Source: Octopus bimaculoides
Lineage: Eukaryota
Direction: 5' to 3'
NCBI RefSeq assembly: GCF_001194135.2
Contig: NC_069001.1
Coordinates: forward strand, 33,448,551 to 33,512,550
Length of the DNA stretch: 64,000 nucleotides
How positions within the stretch are numbered: the first letter of the stretch is position 1; each line of letters opens with the position of its first letter. Under the pieces are notes generated by a model. That model had not been told where the DNA came from and ran no database searches. It saw nothing but the letters and a program-made list of their open reading frames with translations. Made by a program: the position numbers and the translations under genes. Positions 25,187-38,920 of the stretch are shown here, one piece after another.

Positions 25187-26338
25187 CAAAGGTCGACTGA
25201 AAAGTTCATAGGCTGAACAAGATACCCTCATGGAATGTGGCCAATTTTTCAACAAAGTTTCCCCTTGTGGACTACTCACTTCTTCCATCAGTGTTGCCGT
25301 GCTTGGTTCCCATTGAAGAAGTTTACAACCTGTTGTCATCAGTCTTTAGCAGATATGATGCCATCATCATTGCGATACTTGTTCCTAGTCAAGTGTATTT
25401 TTTTTCATGTTGGGGAACAGATGATAGTCAGCTGGGTTCAAATCTAGTTGCCCAGATTAGGGAGGGTAGTTAACCAGTTCAAAATCACAGCCACGCATAG
25501 CAGCCATTGAAATGAAGGACTTGTATGCTGGGGGATTGTTCTCATGGAACTAGAGCCCTTTCGTCAGTTTTCATGAGCGTTTGGTCTTGATAGCCTTTTG
25601 AAACTGCTTAATACTCTCCATTGATGGTGCGGCCCTTTTGAAAATAGTCAATAAACACAATGCCTTTCGCATCCTAAAAAACTGGTGAAACAACCTTGGC
25701 CTTCTTTGAAGTAGGTGAAGTAAGTTTCCACTGCATGGATTGTCTCTTTGTTTCTCGCTCAAAGTGATGAGGCCAACACTCATCCTGGGCTAGAAAATGT
25801 TCAAAGAAACTAGCTGGATCTGTCTCAAACAATGTCAGATTTTCTCATGATGTGATCAGCTTGGTGCGCTTTTGATCAGGTGTCAGAAGAGGTGACACCC
25901 ATCGAACAGAAACTTTCGTCATACCTGTCATCCATCACTAGGTGCTTTCCTCAGTGGTAGCTGTTGCAGGACATCAGACCTTGGGTGATCTTCAACACTC
26001 TCCCTTCCCATCCTAATTTCAGTTGCCCACTTTTGCACTGATGATAAAGCTACGGTGTCGTTCCCTAATATAACAACAATGTCAGCATGAGTGTCCTTGA
26101 AGGCTAAACCCCTTTTCTGCAGGCACTTGATAACATGACGATGCCAAATTTTGTCCATTTTCAAGATAAGTTGCTACTAGTTGTTTTTGAAGTCTTCTTT
26201 GAACAGTCAGATGTCAGTTTACCTGGAAAGAAACAATGCAGTTATTAATAAGAAGGGTTGAAATTAATGCATGCGAGATTTCACAGGTATAGCGTCACTC
26301 CTTCATAGTCAGCCTATGAACCTTTCAGCCCACCCTCG
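25187..26338 (-). mobile_element. Mariner element with both TIRs and TA flanks, internally degenerate
   Basis: The left end caaaggtcgactgaaaagttcataggctga is an inverted match to the right end tcagcctatgaacctttcagcccaccctcg. TA lies at 25185-86 and 26339-40. The transposase N-terminus reads MKMDKIWHRHVIKCLQKRGL. Confidence 0.93.
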
Positions 26339-26549
26339 TACATATATAGGAGACAGACGTCAAATGATAATGATGATGATGATATGCGTATGTATAGATA
26401 TGTATTTTATTAGCGTGTGTGTATGTGTGTGCGTGTGTGCACGTGCACACTTGTAGGGTGTATTGGTATATAAATGGATGTATGTATATACGTATACACA
26501 TATATGCACTCACATATAAACGCACACATGTATGTGTGTGTATATATAC

Positions 26550-26593
<44 letters not shown>

Positions 26594-27277
26594 GTATACA
26601 TACAAGTACACACACAGCAACCATGGTAAAAACAGACAGGGGTGACAACCCTAAAATCTTAAATGAAAATAGTATTCGGGTAATGCAGTGGAAAGGAGTC
26701 TGATGTTGACAGTACGATGGCAAATCAGTATTCGTACTATATATTGCATATTCGAGTTTATTGAGCATAAACAATGAATGGCTTGATAACTAGAAATTAT
26801 AACTTGAAAGAACCCAAGGGCACGCTAGCATGAAATGAACCTGGTACACAGTGTAGTGAGCCGAGAAATTTTAATTGTTTAAAATTACATTGATGATGAT
26901 CTCCACATACTGGCGAGATCAGACTCACTTTCCTCTTATGGCTCACATTCTATTTTCAATTAAAATTTCCTGCCTCACAACACTAAGTACATTAGCACCG
27001 ACCTTACCATTTTGTTTTCATGCCGAGATTGTCACTGGGTATTTTCTCCTTGTCCTTATATACACCACTACCCCCATACAAACACACATTATTCCTTCCT
27101 CCCCACCAAAAATGTGCATACAATGAGAAAAAAAATGCAATATCAGATTCCATATTTATTAGAAAATGAAAACTGCAATAAATGTTACTCTCAGTTTTAC
27201 GTTTCCAAAGATACACCACCCCACCACTCTCTATTTCTCTCTGTCACACTTTCTCATAAACGCGTGCGCGCATTATA

Positions 27278-27499
27278 CAGTAATCCCTCGACTATCGCGG
27301 GTATTACGTTCCACCCCCACCCCACCCTCGCGATTAGTGAAAATCCGCGAAGTAGAAACAGTACTGTATTTTAATTATTATTTTTATAATTTATATATAT
27401 TTATTTTAATATAAATGCAAAACAACACCACGGAAGAATCGACGTGGGCTTAGGTAATAAACCGCGATAGGTGAACCGCGATATGGCGAACGATTACTG
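27278..27499. mobile_element. Tigger/pogo-like MITE
   Basis: TA-CAGTAATCCCTCGACTATCGCG at the left and CGCGATATGGCGAACGATTACTG at the right form imperfect TIRs around an AT-rich interior. Confidence 0.75.
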
Positions 27500-28692
27500 C
27501 GCATATATAAACATACACTTACATACAGAAGACGCAGACATTCAGATATACACGTATACACATTGAGTATGTATGATGTAAGTCGTTAGCAAGCAATGAT
27601 CTGCAGTGTCTGCCAGACGAGATACAATTCTATTCACATTCATATATTGTTCTTTCCTCCTTTAATAGCACAGGTGGTTTGTGGCGGTGAAAGTTCATCA
27701 CTCTAAGAGTCAATGACCTGGTGATCGCAGACGAGAACAACGAACTTTCATGCTGACAGAAAAATAATTGATTAAGTGACAGACAAGCAAATAAAATTTA
27801 GAAATCTACCAGACTGCTTAAAAGACGAAATATAGAATTCATGTAAAGAATTTTTTTTTTTTTTTAAATATTTCTTTCACAGTTTAAGTTGAGTTCTGTT
27901 CAATCAGTGCTGTTCTAGCCATGATCATCTCGTCTTTGTATATCCCTATCCAATGCATTTTTTCTGTATTTCAAACGAGGAGGTGTTACTTGAGGGAGAT
28001 TAAGTGCAGGTTGCTAGATCAGTTTTATAAAATATAGCACACAATTTTTCAAAAACTAGCGGAATGTCTTACAGAGAAACCGAAAATGAATGTGTGCNNN
28101 NNNNNNNNNNNNNNNNNNNNNNNNNNNNNNNNNNNNNNNNNNNNNNNNNNNNNNNNNNNNNNNNNNNNNNNNNNNNNNNNNNNNNNNNNNNNNNNNNNNN
28201 NNNNNNNNNNNNNNNNNNNNNNNNNNNNNNNNNNNNNNNNNNNNNNNNNNNNNNNNNNNNNNNNNNNNNNNNNNNNNNNNNNNNNNNNNNNNNNNNNNNN
28301 NNNNNNNNNNNNNNNNNNNNNNNNNNNNNNNNNNNNNNNNNNNNNNNNNNNNNNNNNNNNNNNNNNNNNNNNNNNNNNNNNNNNNNNNNNNNNNNNNNNN
28401 NNNNNNNNNNNNNNNNNNNNNNNNNNNNNNNNNNNNNNNNNNNNNNNNNNNNNNNNNNNNNNNNNNNNNNNNNNNNNNNNNNNNNNNNNNNNNNNNNNNN
28501 NNNNNNNNNNNNNNNNNNNNNNNNNNNNNNNNNNNNNNNNNNNNNNNNNNNNNNNNNNNNNNNNNNNNNNNNNNNNNNNNNNNNNNNNNNNNNNNNNNNN
28601 NNNNNNNNNNNNNNNNNNATTGCATTATATATAAACAATATAAGTCGGTCCGGGTTGGAACCCAGCAATAATAATAATAATAATAATAATAA

Positions 28693-29245
28693 TGAAACTG
28701 TGATTGAGGGAGAAAATGTATCGATTCTCTGGGACTTCCCCGTACATACCGACAAAACTATAAAAGCTAATAAACCGGATATTATTACAAAAGATCAGAC
28801 AAAGATGTGTTTATTGACATGAGTATTCCTTGCGATCATAATATAGCGGCGAAAGAATTTGACAAGATCAGTAAATATAAAGACTTGCTAATAGAAATTT
28901 AAAAAATGTGGCATCTCAAGGCGACTACCATACCAGTGATTGTAGGATCTCTAGGAATGATAAAAAAGGTACTGAAATCTATTTGAAAATGATACCAGGC
29001 TTACCATTCTTACAGGAAGTGCAAAAAATCGTGTTAACTGGATCGACTCATGTACTGAGAAGAGCATTATCGCTGTGAAAACAACATCCATTCATGAATT
29101 TATTTATTTTTTTAAATACATATTTTACCTGTGAATTTGCGCGTGTAAACTGGAAATGCATACAATGAGCTTCTCTGCCCTAAGAGTACGGAAAACACTC
29201 GGCGAGAAATGGAAGAAAATTTGAAGAAAGAAGAAAAAAAATATT
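28693..29245 (+). mobile_element. 5'-truncated R2-superfamily (R4/Dong-like) non-LTR retrotransposon, RLE domain + 3'UTR
   Basis: ILWDFPVHTDKTIKANKPDII..D...C.LIDMSIP.D.NIAAKEFDKISKYKDL.IEI*KMW.LK.TTIPVIVGSLG is a PD-(D/E)xK restriction-like endonuclease, with a stop at 29076-78. It is disabled by frameshifts and a stop. Confidence 0.88.
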
Positions 29246-31193
29246 ATAATATACACACACGACGAACTTCTTTCAGATTCCGTCTACCAAATCTACACAC
29301 AAGCCTTTGGTCGGTCCAAAGCTATAGTAAAAGACACCTGCCCAAGGTACCGCGCAGTGGTGTACACAATTGCAGTTCACCTAGATGCTGGACCATCAGA
29401 ACCTAAAACAATTGCAGCGTGGAAGGCACATATCCGTTTAGAACACACAAAGACTCTTAGGTTGAGCATTTATTTTGGTGTCAGAATTTTCGTTGCACTA
29501 ATTGCAACTTGGTCACTGAAAAGATTCCATTGCATCTCAAATCACTGGCTAGACAAGAACATCTCTGAAATCAGAACCCAGATTTTGAGAAAATTAAAAC
29601 CCGCCCATTATAGCTGACGCATTATATTAATTAATGTACATTTCTTTTTTTAAGAAGGAGACAATTGTAAGTTGGAGATTTGACTGCTATTTCTAGCAGG
29701 TCGAGCGATCACGTACGGGCTCACTCATGAACTCGCGTATGAGGATGCTGTTTAGCTCAGATTAGTCCTGAATAAGCAAACCTACATGATTAAAGATATT
29801 TCAACTATGTCCACTCCATCTTCATTGCAATGTATGTATGACTTAGCCAATATGTCACGTCTTTAAGACGGCAGGAAGAGATTTGATTGCTATTTCTAGC
29901 AAATCGGGCGATGGATGCTCAGGCTCGCATATGATAATGTAATGGAGATACAGAAGCTTGTACAACTTGTGCCTAATGAGCCCATGATTCATTAGGAAAT
30001 GAATAATCCCTGCTGGGAGTGTCTGTGTAATAATACTGACGTTATTATTTAGTCTAACTCTAATCAAGAACTCTAAGACGCAAACCATGACGCCTATCTT
30101 CTGACTATTTATTACCTCAGACAATATACTTGTCATTAACATATTTTTAAGACAGACAGATGTAATTAGAGAAAGATTTAGATGATATTTCTAGCAGATT
30201 GAGCGACCACTTAGAGATTTCCTCATTCTTCAATGTTAGGAAGTGGAGTACAGTGGTACTGGTGGCACTAAATATCATATTGCATATATGTATAGGCAAT
30301 GATATTCAACCCGGCACGCTGAATAAAGAGGCGCTAACGATGTTAAATCACAACAGCAGCTTTTTAAAAGTTTTATTGTATGAAAATTAGAATAAAAATT
30401 GTTTTAGATCTGCGATGGAAACAGGCATTGCACTTTGCTGTAAAATAATACCTTTGGATCGGTGCAAGAATTAAAAAAGCAAAAGTTTTCTAAAAATCCC
30501 GTCACTTTTTGATTCTCAAAAACTTGCGACACAGTGGTTAGAAATATCCACATATAGTTATTTACAATAAAATAAATCCAGCCTACACGTTTTAAAGGGT
30601 CTTCTGACAATATATAACAACCAATAACTGTAGATATATCAACACCTCATAGTGTTTGAGACATAGCTAGGAATATAAATGTAACTAACACTTGACGAAG
30701 TTGACTCTACGCGGTCGCTCGACTCGTCAGAAATAAGTGAATTTTCCATCAAAATCATACACACGTCTTAAAACAAAGGAAGGATACGTTCGACAATGTT
30801 GTCCTATAAAAACAAAAGAGCTAGGTACTAACTACGAATTTACATGAGTTAACAAAGGAAACTTTAAGCAGTCATTCGATCTACTAGAATTATAAGTCAA
30901 ATCTTCCTCCAATCACATCCTACTTTTTTAAATAACGGACATGATATAATGCAGTCTTGGATGCGTTATGCCTGAAGAAGCCAGGATGGTCACGATTGGA
31001 CGTTTTTGATCATAAGTCGCTTCGATCAAAACTGTCACAGAATTACTACTACGGCAAACAATTACTACTACGGCAAATTGACAGGGAAGTAAACAGTCGA
31101 TTCAAAGCAAAATCAACTCCAGGGGTTAATGAACTCAGAATGTTTAGAAGCAAATACCCCACCAACATAGAAATGTAAATGCCATAAATGTAC

Positions 31194-31228
<35 letters not shown>

Positions 31229-31640
31229 TAGAAAATGAAAAACAGTTTGAGTGGAGGAGAAATGTATAACTACACAAAGAGAGAGGATGAAAAAGAAAGA
31301 CAGGCAGTGTGGAGGAAACAAAGACAGGAAATAAGGAAGAGAGGGAGTGGTAAATGAAAAAAAATAATAATACTGATAAAAAGAACTAGAAACAAGGAAA
31401 AGGAATGACAAGAGATGAGAAAGAGGACATAAAGCGAGGAGGGAGAAACATGTTTAGAACTAAGTAATTCCAGCCGTAACCACCCCGTCAGGGACGACAT
31501 TATTCAATGTTTCTTTTAAAACGATAGAGGTTCTCATTGTCTCGAGATAAATAATGTGGGATTGATGAGAGGTGGAGGAGATATAGATTTGGTGGTGAGA
31601 GGAAACAGAGAACAGTATGTACTGAGAGTGGAGTGTGAAG

Positions 31641-31678
<38 letters not shown>

Positions 31679-32975
31679 ACAAAGGAGAAAACTATGACAG
31701 GAAGATGGAGGTGCAAAGTGGACAGAAAGCGAGTGGAGTGACAGATATAAACACGAGAAGACAAAAGACAGATAAATAAAAGGAAGGTGGGGGGGTCCTA
31801 TCATTGAGAGAAGGAGATTAAACAGTAGAACAGAGGGAGAAGAAAACATCAATAGAGACGGATTACACGACTGATAAACACAGCCGGATAGAATTACCAA
31901 ATTCTCAAAAATTACATCTTGCCATCCTAATGGAAAATTACTACATTGGATAATGTGGTCCAAAGTATCCAAAAATACAGGATTGTCACGGTTAGTACGC
32001 TTTTGCTTATAGATCTGCTCGATCAAGCTTGACGAGGGGACAAACAACAACGTAAACATAAACAGTGGACAGTAGTATTAGCAAGATATGAACAGATAAC
32101 AAATGTGAGAGGTGGAGTAAAGTAGAATAGAGAATTAAAACAGAAAAGGGGAGAAACAGAGAAAAACGGGCAGTAGGGAAGGACACAGGAGGAAGAGATT
32201 TAGAAAGACAAAGTCAGAATGAGAGACGTAACGATGGATTTAGAGGGGGATAAAGAACAAGAATGATAAGCATTCAGAGAGAAGTTGGGACAGATTGAAT
32301 TAAAATCAGAGAAAGGATGACAAACGTCATGTATATTCCTGCATAGGCACATGGTCAGATGTTTTTTTTTCGGTGGGGTGAGGAGACCGGTATTTGATTG
32401 GTACATTTTTTATCGATCCCTGATGGATGAAAGGTAAACTCGACCGCAGAATGTACTGGCCATAACTAAATATAACAAAGTCATTTTGTCCTTCATTCTG
32501 AAGATTCCACCTACTTCCAGGCGTTAGGATAATGATAGATGTAAAGTAAACATACAGGGGTTTGTTTTTAGTAAACTCATTTTTAGCTTCGCCACGAAAA
32601 GTAAATAGTGTAATTAAACCATGTTTTTTTTAAAAATCCAATTAACAAAAGACATTTTTTTTTGTCTTGACCACGCAGAAGCTATTTTCCAGGATGAGAT
32701 TTAAAAATATGCTTTTCAAATGAATAAAATTAAATAAAAATAGTAAGATAACCTCACATCTCTAAGATTGATTTAAGTCACCAAGAGATAAAAACAATGA
32801 CAGGTGCAATGGGAGAAAGTTTGTGAAGGTAGGAGCATCACAAAGGCACAAAGGGAGCTACAGAGAGATGTTAGGGGAGGAAATGGATCAGAACAAATAT
32901 TTTTAAACTTTGAAGACGAAGTATTCTAATTAACGAACGAAATACATGCGCGTGCACACACACGTACAAATGTAT

Positions 32976-33017
<42 letters not shown>

Positions 33018-33390
33018 NNNNNNNNNNNNNNNNNNNNNNNNNNNNNNNNNNNNNNNNNNNNNNNNNNNNNNNNNNNNNNNNNNNNNNNNNNNNNNNNNNN
33101 NNNNNNNNNNNNNNNNNNNNNNNNNNNNNNNNNNNNNNNNNNNNNNNNNNNNNNNNNNNNNNNNNNNNNNNNNNNNNNNNNNNNNNNNNNNNNNNNNNNN
33201 NNNNNNNNNNNNNNNNNNNNNNNNNNNNNNNNNNNNNNNNNNNNNNNNNNNNNNNNNNNNNNNNNNNNNNNNNNNNNNNNNNNNNNNNNNNNNNNNNNNN
33301 NNNNNNNNNNNNNNNNNNNNNNNNNNNNNNNNNNNNNNNNNNNNNNNNNNNNNNNNNNNNNNNNNNNNNNNNNNNNNNNNNNNNNNNNNN

Positions 33391-33467
<77 letters not shown>

Positions 33468-33827
33468 TATATATGAAGTAGATTAACAAAGACTATAGTA
33501 TTAGGTAGGTATTGCCCAAGGTTATAGCAACAATTAAGCTTGTTATAATACTTCGTGACTGCAAATATAGTATTAGAAATAAAGCAATGATTTGCTGTCA
33601 AAGGACTCAGTCTCAGCATTTGAATCATAAAATTCCTTCGTCATGCACTGTCTCTGTATCTGTCTGTCTGTTTCTCTCTCAGAAGTTAGCATTTATTGTC
33701 CTTTAAGAATATATCACATCTTAGAATTGGCTGTTTTTGTCTAGCCCTAAGTCAGTCCTGATCAAGCAGACCCGTGATCAAAAACATACCTGTTGCTATC
33801 ATCTTTCAGTTATTAAATGCATACATA

Positions 33828-34870
33828 CAAGGGTTGTCCCGAAAGTAATGTAAATGAGGCATTAACTGACATAGGTCATTCAAATTGCACATGTTCCTGG
33901 AGTAACTCTTCCTCTATCTTGTTGTTTTTCAGTGCAGGTAAATAATGGGTTTCAAGCAGAAGGAGGGGTTCAGGCTGTCCGACATCTACAGCAAGCTACA
34001 AGTTGCTGAGAGATAACACCATTGGCAAGAGCAATGTGAGTAGATAGATGAAGAGGTTTAAAGACGAAAAAAAAAAATCAATATTAAAGACAAACCACGC
34101 AGTGGGGATCATCAGCTGCGATTACTGACATGAATTGTCAACGAGAGGACGAAGTGATTCGCGCAGACAGACGAATCATTATCCCTGAGCTTGCTGTACA
34201 AGTGGACTGTAGTCAATGCGTTACAGAAAACGGTGAAAGACTAGGTATCAGAAAGTGTATACCAAGTTGGGTACCTAGGCAGATGACATCCGATTTGAAG
34301 AAGGAAAGGGTAGAAGCATTTGAACCCGATGAAGACAGGGTTTATTTTCCCCGATCTTGTGATAGGAGATGAACTGTAGCTGTATCTTCATGGTCCGGAA
34401 ACGAAGGTAATGCCTCTCTTCTCCAGCGACGGCACAGAAAGTAACATTGACTGTTTTCGGAGATGACAAAGGCGTCACTGTTTTTCTACTTTCTGGAATG
34501 TGCCTATTCCGTGAACAGTGAATGGTACATCGAGACACTCGAAAAGCTTAGAGAAGCCGTTAGGAGGAAGAGACCAAATCAATAAGTAACCACACAGATT
34601 TTTGGCAAGAAATAAGGCAATCGGCAAATTTGACTGGTCATTAGTCCGCCATCAAGATCGGATCTGGCACCCTCCTACGCCCAAAGCTCGATCCGATGAG
34701 GGACTTTCTTTAGGAACAACGGTTTGATGACAAAAAGGAAGTGAGGATAGCTGTGAAGAATGCACAATACTGCACGCCTAATTTTTTTTCAAAGACAACT
34801 CGAGAGTTGTGCTAACCGATGGCGCAAATGCATCGCTCGTAACGGGGACTACGTTGGTAGTATCTTTGTG
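33828..34870 (+). mobile_element. Decayed mariner transposon
   Basis: TA-caagggttgtcccgaaagtaatg start. Fragments such as NIKDKPRSG, IRADRRIII.ELA and WVPRQMT.DLKKERV, with many lesions. Confidence 0.8.
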
Positions 34871-35058
34871 TAGAAGAAATACTCTACGAACATGAACAAT
34901 GTGAACAATCTATGTCCATTTTCGCATCACTCTCAGAACAACTTGTGTTTATATATATACATGTAGATGTAGGTATGTACATATATGTATGTATACATGC
35001 ATATGCTCATATATCATTTGTATTATTATATTATCGAACGCTACGCGTCCATTTGCAA

Positions 35059-35096
<38 letters not shown>

Positions 35097-35267
35097 NNNN
35101 NNNNNNNNNNNNNNNNNNNNNNNNNNNNNNNNNNNNNNNNNNNNNNNNNNNNNNNNNNNNNNNNNNNNNNNNNNNNNNNNNNNNNNNNNNNNNNNNNNNN
35201 NNNNNNNNNNNNNNNNNNNNNNNNNNNNNNNNNNNNNNNNNNNNNNNNNNNNNNNNNNNNNNNNNNN

Positions 35268-35302
<35 letters not shown>

Positions 35303-35311
35303 ATGATGCTT

Positions 35312-36240
35312 ACCATCACCTTCATTCCCACTTTCTCAGGGACCACCAATACACCTTCCGCGGAGCCAGATTTACTGGACACCTACTCTCTTATGTCATT
35401 CATCAGTGGGCTCTCATTTTAAAGAAATTCAGAGAAAGCAACGTTGCTGCTATAAACATCAGAAAAGCTTTCAACCGTATCTGACAGCCAAATCTCGTAT
35501 CAAAACTTCCCGTCTATGGGCTCCACCCATTTTTCATCTCTTGGATCGATAGCTTTGTATCAAATCGCACGATTGCGGCATGTGTTGGCAGTGCTCTCTC
35601 TCAGCTCCATTCTCAGTCAACTCTGATATTTCCAACAGTTCGGTTCTGTCCATTATTGACCAACTTGTCACTATATTCAACAACCAATCTTATGTCGATG
35701 ACACAATCCATCACTCCTCCCTAACCATGCATCATCCATACGCAAACTAGATATCACGCGCCAAACCTGTATTGAGTCCATGCCGAGAGAAAAAGTTCCC
35801 TACCCTAAGCCCTATCACGCTCCCTCTAATCATGATCAGCATTCAGCCAGAGCCTTCACAGTTGCCGCAAATCTTAGGTCTCACTGTCAACGAGGATCTC
35901 GCCTAGCTAAAGCACATCTTTAGCATAGCTAGGGTCGCATTGCAAAGTCTAGCCAGTCTCTTTAGAGTCAGAAGAAATTTCAGTCTACAACAGCTGCTGA
36001 TACTCTACAAGGCTCAAGTGATGCCCACAATGGGGTACTGCTACAACACACATTGGCACCTAGGACAGCAAAGAAGAGACACTTGACTTGACATCTCATA
36101 ATTAACGGACACATTCCAGCCTCTGGGCTACAAGTGTGCTGTCTCCTGTCTTTTTTTATTGCTACTATGATGGTCTCTGCTTGTCGCGTATTTCCAACTC
36201 TCATAATCTTTGATGCGTCCAACATCTCTTAGTCGCACTA
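35312..36240 (+). mobile_element. LINE reverse-transcriptase remnant (APE-type; CR1/Jockey/I group)
   Basis: HFLRDHQYTFRGARFTGHLL...INIRKAFNRI*..NLVSKL..YGLHP....WIDSFVSNR, then YVDD, and LYKAQV.PTM.YC. Many lesions. Confidence 0.85.
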
Positions 36241-36825
36241 ACTACTATTTCCAAGATATATGACGTGTAAGAGAATGATGGTATGGTCAACTAAAACGTG
36301 GGTAAATCCTAATAAGTCTATTCTGTTAACGCTAGTCTTGCTATTAAACAACAGAATACATTATGTATAAGGGGTGGTCAAACTGCAGGGCTCGAACCAA
36401 CGACCAGCGAGAAATAGCAGCTAAATCATTCTCAAATCAACCCTGACCATCTTAGAAAACAGAAGTATTGGATAATGTAACCCGGAGTACACAGTTTACG
36501 GCTGAGATCTCGTTACTCAGGTCTGCGCAACCAGTACTAATTTGAGGGCTTTCAAGCATTTTATTTGCGGTTTATATTGGCTGAGTATCTCTTGCTTTTC
36601 ATAATAATTAATATAAAAGAGTAAATAAGAAAACCAAGCTTCAATTTTTTTACCGTAGACTTCTGCATTAGTACAAAAATATGAGGATTTCAATAAGGTG
36701 ATACTTTGCGACTCTCAAAGAAGGCCCCTCGATCTCCTATAAATAACAGCTAAATTTTCAGATCATGCCTAACTGTTGTAAAAGGGGAAGGACACATTTG
36801 ATAATGTAGTCCAAGGCACTATGAA

Positions 36826-36856
<31 letters not shown>

Positions 36857-37539
36857 GGAATGGCTACAGATGGAACCCCTTTGATCAGGTTTACTTAACA
36901 CCCGAAATTTATTTGTGCGTACCTTGTTATTTAACCTCAAGGCCAAACCTGATTGAACAGAATTGTAATCAAAGGTGTTCCAGTTATGATCATGTCTTTT
37001 GGGGTATACCTCGGATTACATTGTCTAATGTCTTCTTTTTTAAGGCAGTTAAGGTATCGTGTGAGGGATATTTCCAACAGGTCAAGCGACCGTATACAGG
37101 TTGCTTCGAGTGGGCTCCTTTTCTGTTTTTTTTTTTAAAGCAAGTCAGGTCATCCTCGCTACACACAATGAAATATCGTGAAATCTTAAATTCAGACAGC
37201 ATTCAGTCAGAAACTGATGCACACAATATGAACGAATATACACGTTCATACAAGGAAAAGTGAAAAACAACATTTCCAAACTTCTATTCTTTCATAGAAA
37301 TACGTGATATTGTGTATGTTTATATACGTACCAGCGCCCGAATTATTCTGGAATAAATAAATGAAATATAAATTAGCCTCTTGGTATTACAATGAGAAAA
37401 CCAAACTGGTTGTATTATATGTCTGTCTGGTAGATAAACGTCTGCCTGGTAGCCTGCATGTGATACGAGTGCGTTACTAGCCTACTTGGAATAATACACA
37501 AGTATGTCTGAAATTATGAAATTGAATATATATATATAC

Positions 37540-37930
37540 TCTCTCTTTTACTTGTTTCAGTCATTTGACTGCAGCCATGCTGGAGCACCGCCTTTAGTCG
37601 AGCAAATCGACCCCAGGACTTATTCTTTGTAAGCTTAGTACTTATTCTATCGGTCTCTTCTGCCGAACCGCTAAGTTACGGGGACGTAAAAACACCAGCA
37701 TCAGTTGTCAAGCGATGTTGGGGGGGGGGGGGCAAACAGACACACACATATATATACATATACATGACGGGGTTCTTTCAGTTTCCGTCTACCAAATCCA
37801 CTTACAAGGCTTTGGTCGGCCCGAGGCTATAGTAGAAGACACTTGCCCAAGGTGCCACGCAGTGGGACTGAACCCGGAACCATGTGGTCGGTAAGCAAGC
37901 TACTTATCACACAGCCACTCCTGCGCCTAT
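37540..37930 (-). mobile_element. tRNA-derived SINE family C with internal microsatellite
   Basis: Reverse complement of ataggcgcaggagtggctgtgt...cagtcccactgcgtggcaccttgggcaagtgtcttctactatag...gactgaaacaagtaaaag. Confidence 0.85.
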
Positions 37931-38379
37931 ATATATGAGTGTTGGGTAATATAAGTCTTAGTAAATGTATGATGCCAGTTTAAAAGTTACCGTATAGATC
38001 TAGTAGAGAGTATGTGAGATTTAAAATCCTGTTTGTGATATAACCCTAATAGATTGTTCAAAATCGATTGGTTAACATTCCTCAGTTGCAATGTTTCCTT
38101 CATATTTTGGTTCAGTTTTGTTTGTTTACGTTTGTCAACTTCAGTTACAACGGGGGAAGTCTTTAGAAATAAACAGAATTTGTTCGCTAGAAAATGTGCG
38201 CACAAGCGAATCTAAAAGACAGTCTTCGGTGACGCAACATGCTAAAAGTAATAATAACAGTAATTATTAATGTACATCTAGTGGTTGTATGATATATACG
38301 GCTTAACAGTTTAATGCTATGTTCGTCTAGTTATTATTATGTAAGTCTACTATAGCGATTACTCAATATGTTGTATAGT

Positions 38380-38920
38380 TTAATATCAGGTCAGTCTTGA
38401 TTGAGCAGACCTACGACCAAAGGCGTTCCAGCCGTTACCATCATGTCTTTTTATGGATATCTGGAAGTACATTACACAATGTGTACAATATGATCTCAGA
38501 AAGTTTTCGTTGCTATTTCTAGCAAGTCTATGCGACGATATAATGGCTCCCTCATTGACTCGTTATCTAATGTTGTCTAGCTTCAAGTCATTCCTGATCA
38601 AGACGCATTTTAGCTGTGATCATCCTGTTGTCTTCAAGTAATGCAGTGTATCGAAGACTACATTATCAAATGTGCCTTTGCCTTCTTTAAGACAACAGCG
38701 TAAAATTTGGGAGCGAGTTGACTGCTATTTTTGCAGGTCGTGCGACAACAAAGATTCTTTCGTTACTTAATGTACTTAGTTGTTGTTTAACCCCGGGTCG
38801 GTCTTGATCATGCAGATCTATATCAAAGGCTTTCCAACCATGCACCTCTTGTGTTTGGCCTGACAAACATCTGTAACTACATTTCTCAGTGTATTTCCTT
38901 CTTTAAGATGGTAGACTCAT
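38380..38920 (-). mobile_element. Copies of an abundant (AAC)n-tailed SINE-like repeat (family D); many more copies are scattered through the window
   Basis: Recurrent motifs gctatttctagcaggtcgagcgac, acattatccaatgt and gcagacctatgatcaaagg. Also seen near 11.8, 12.5, 14.9, 20.4, 21.1, 22.2, 22.8, 29.7-30.2, 36.4, 41-43, 47.1, 51.2, 55.1 and 62.7 kb. Confidence 0.7.
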
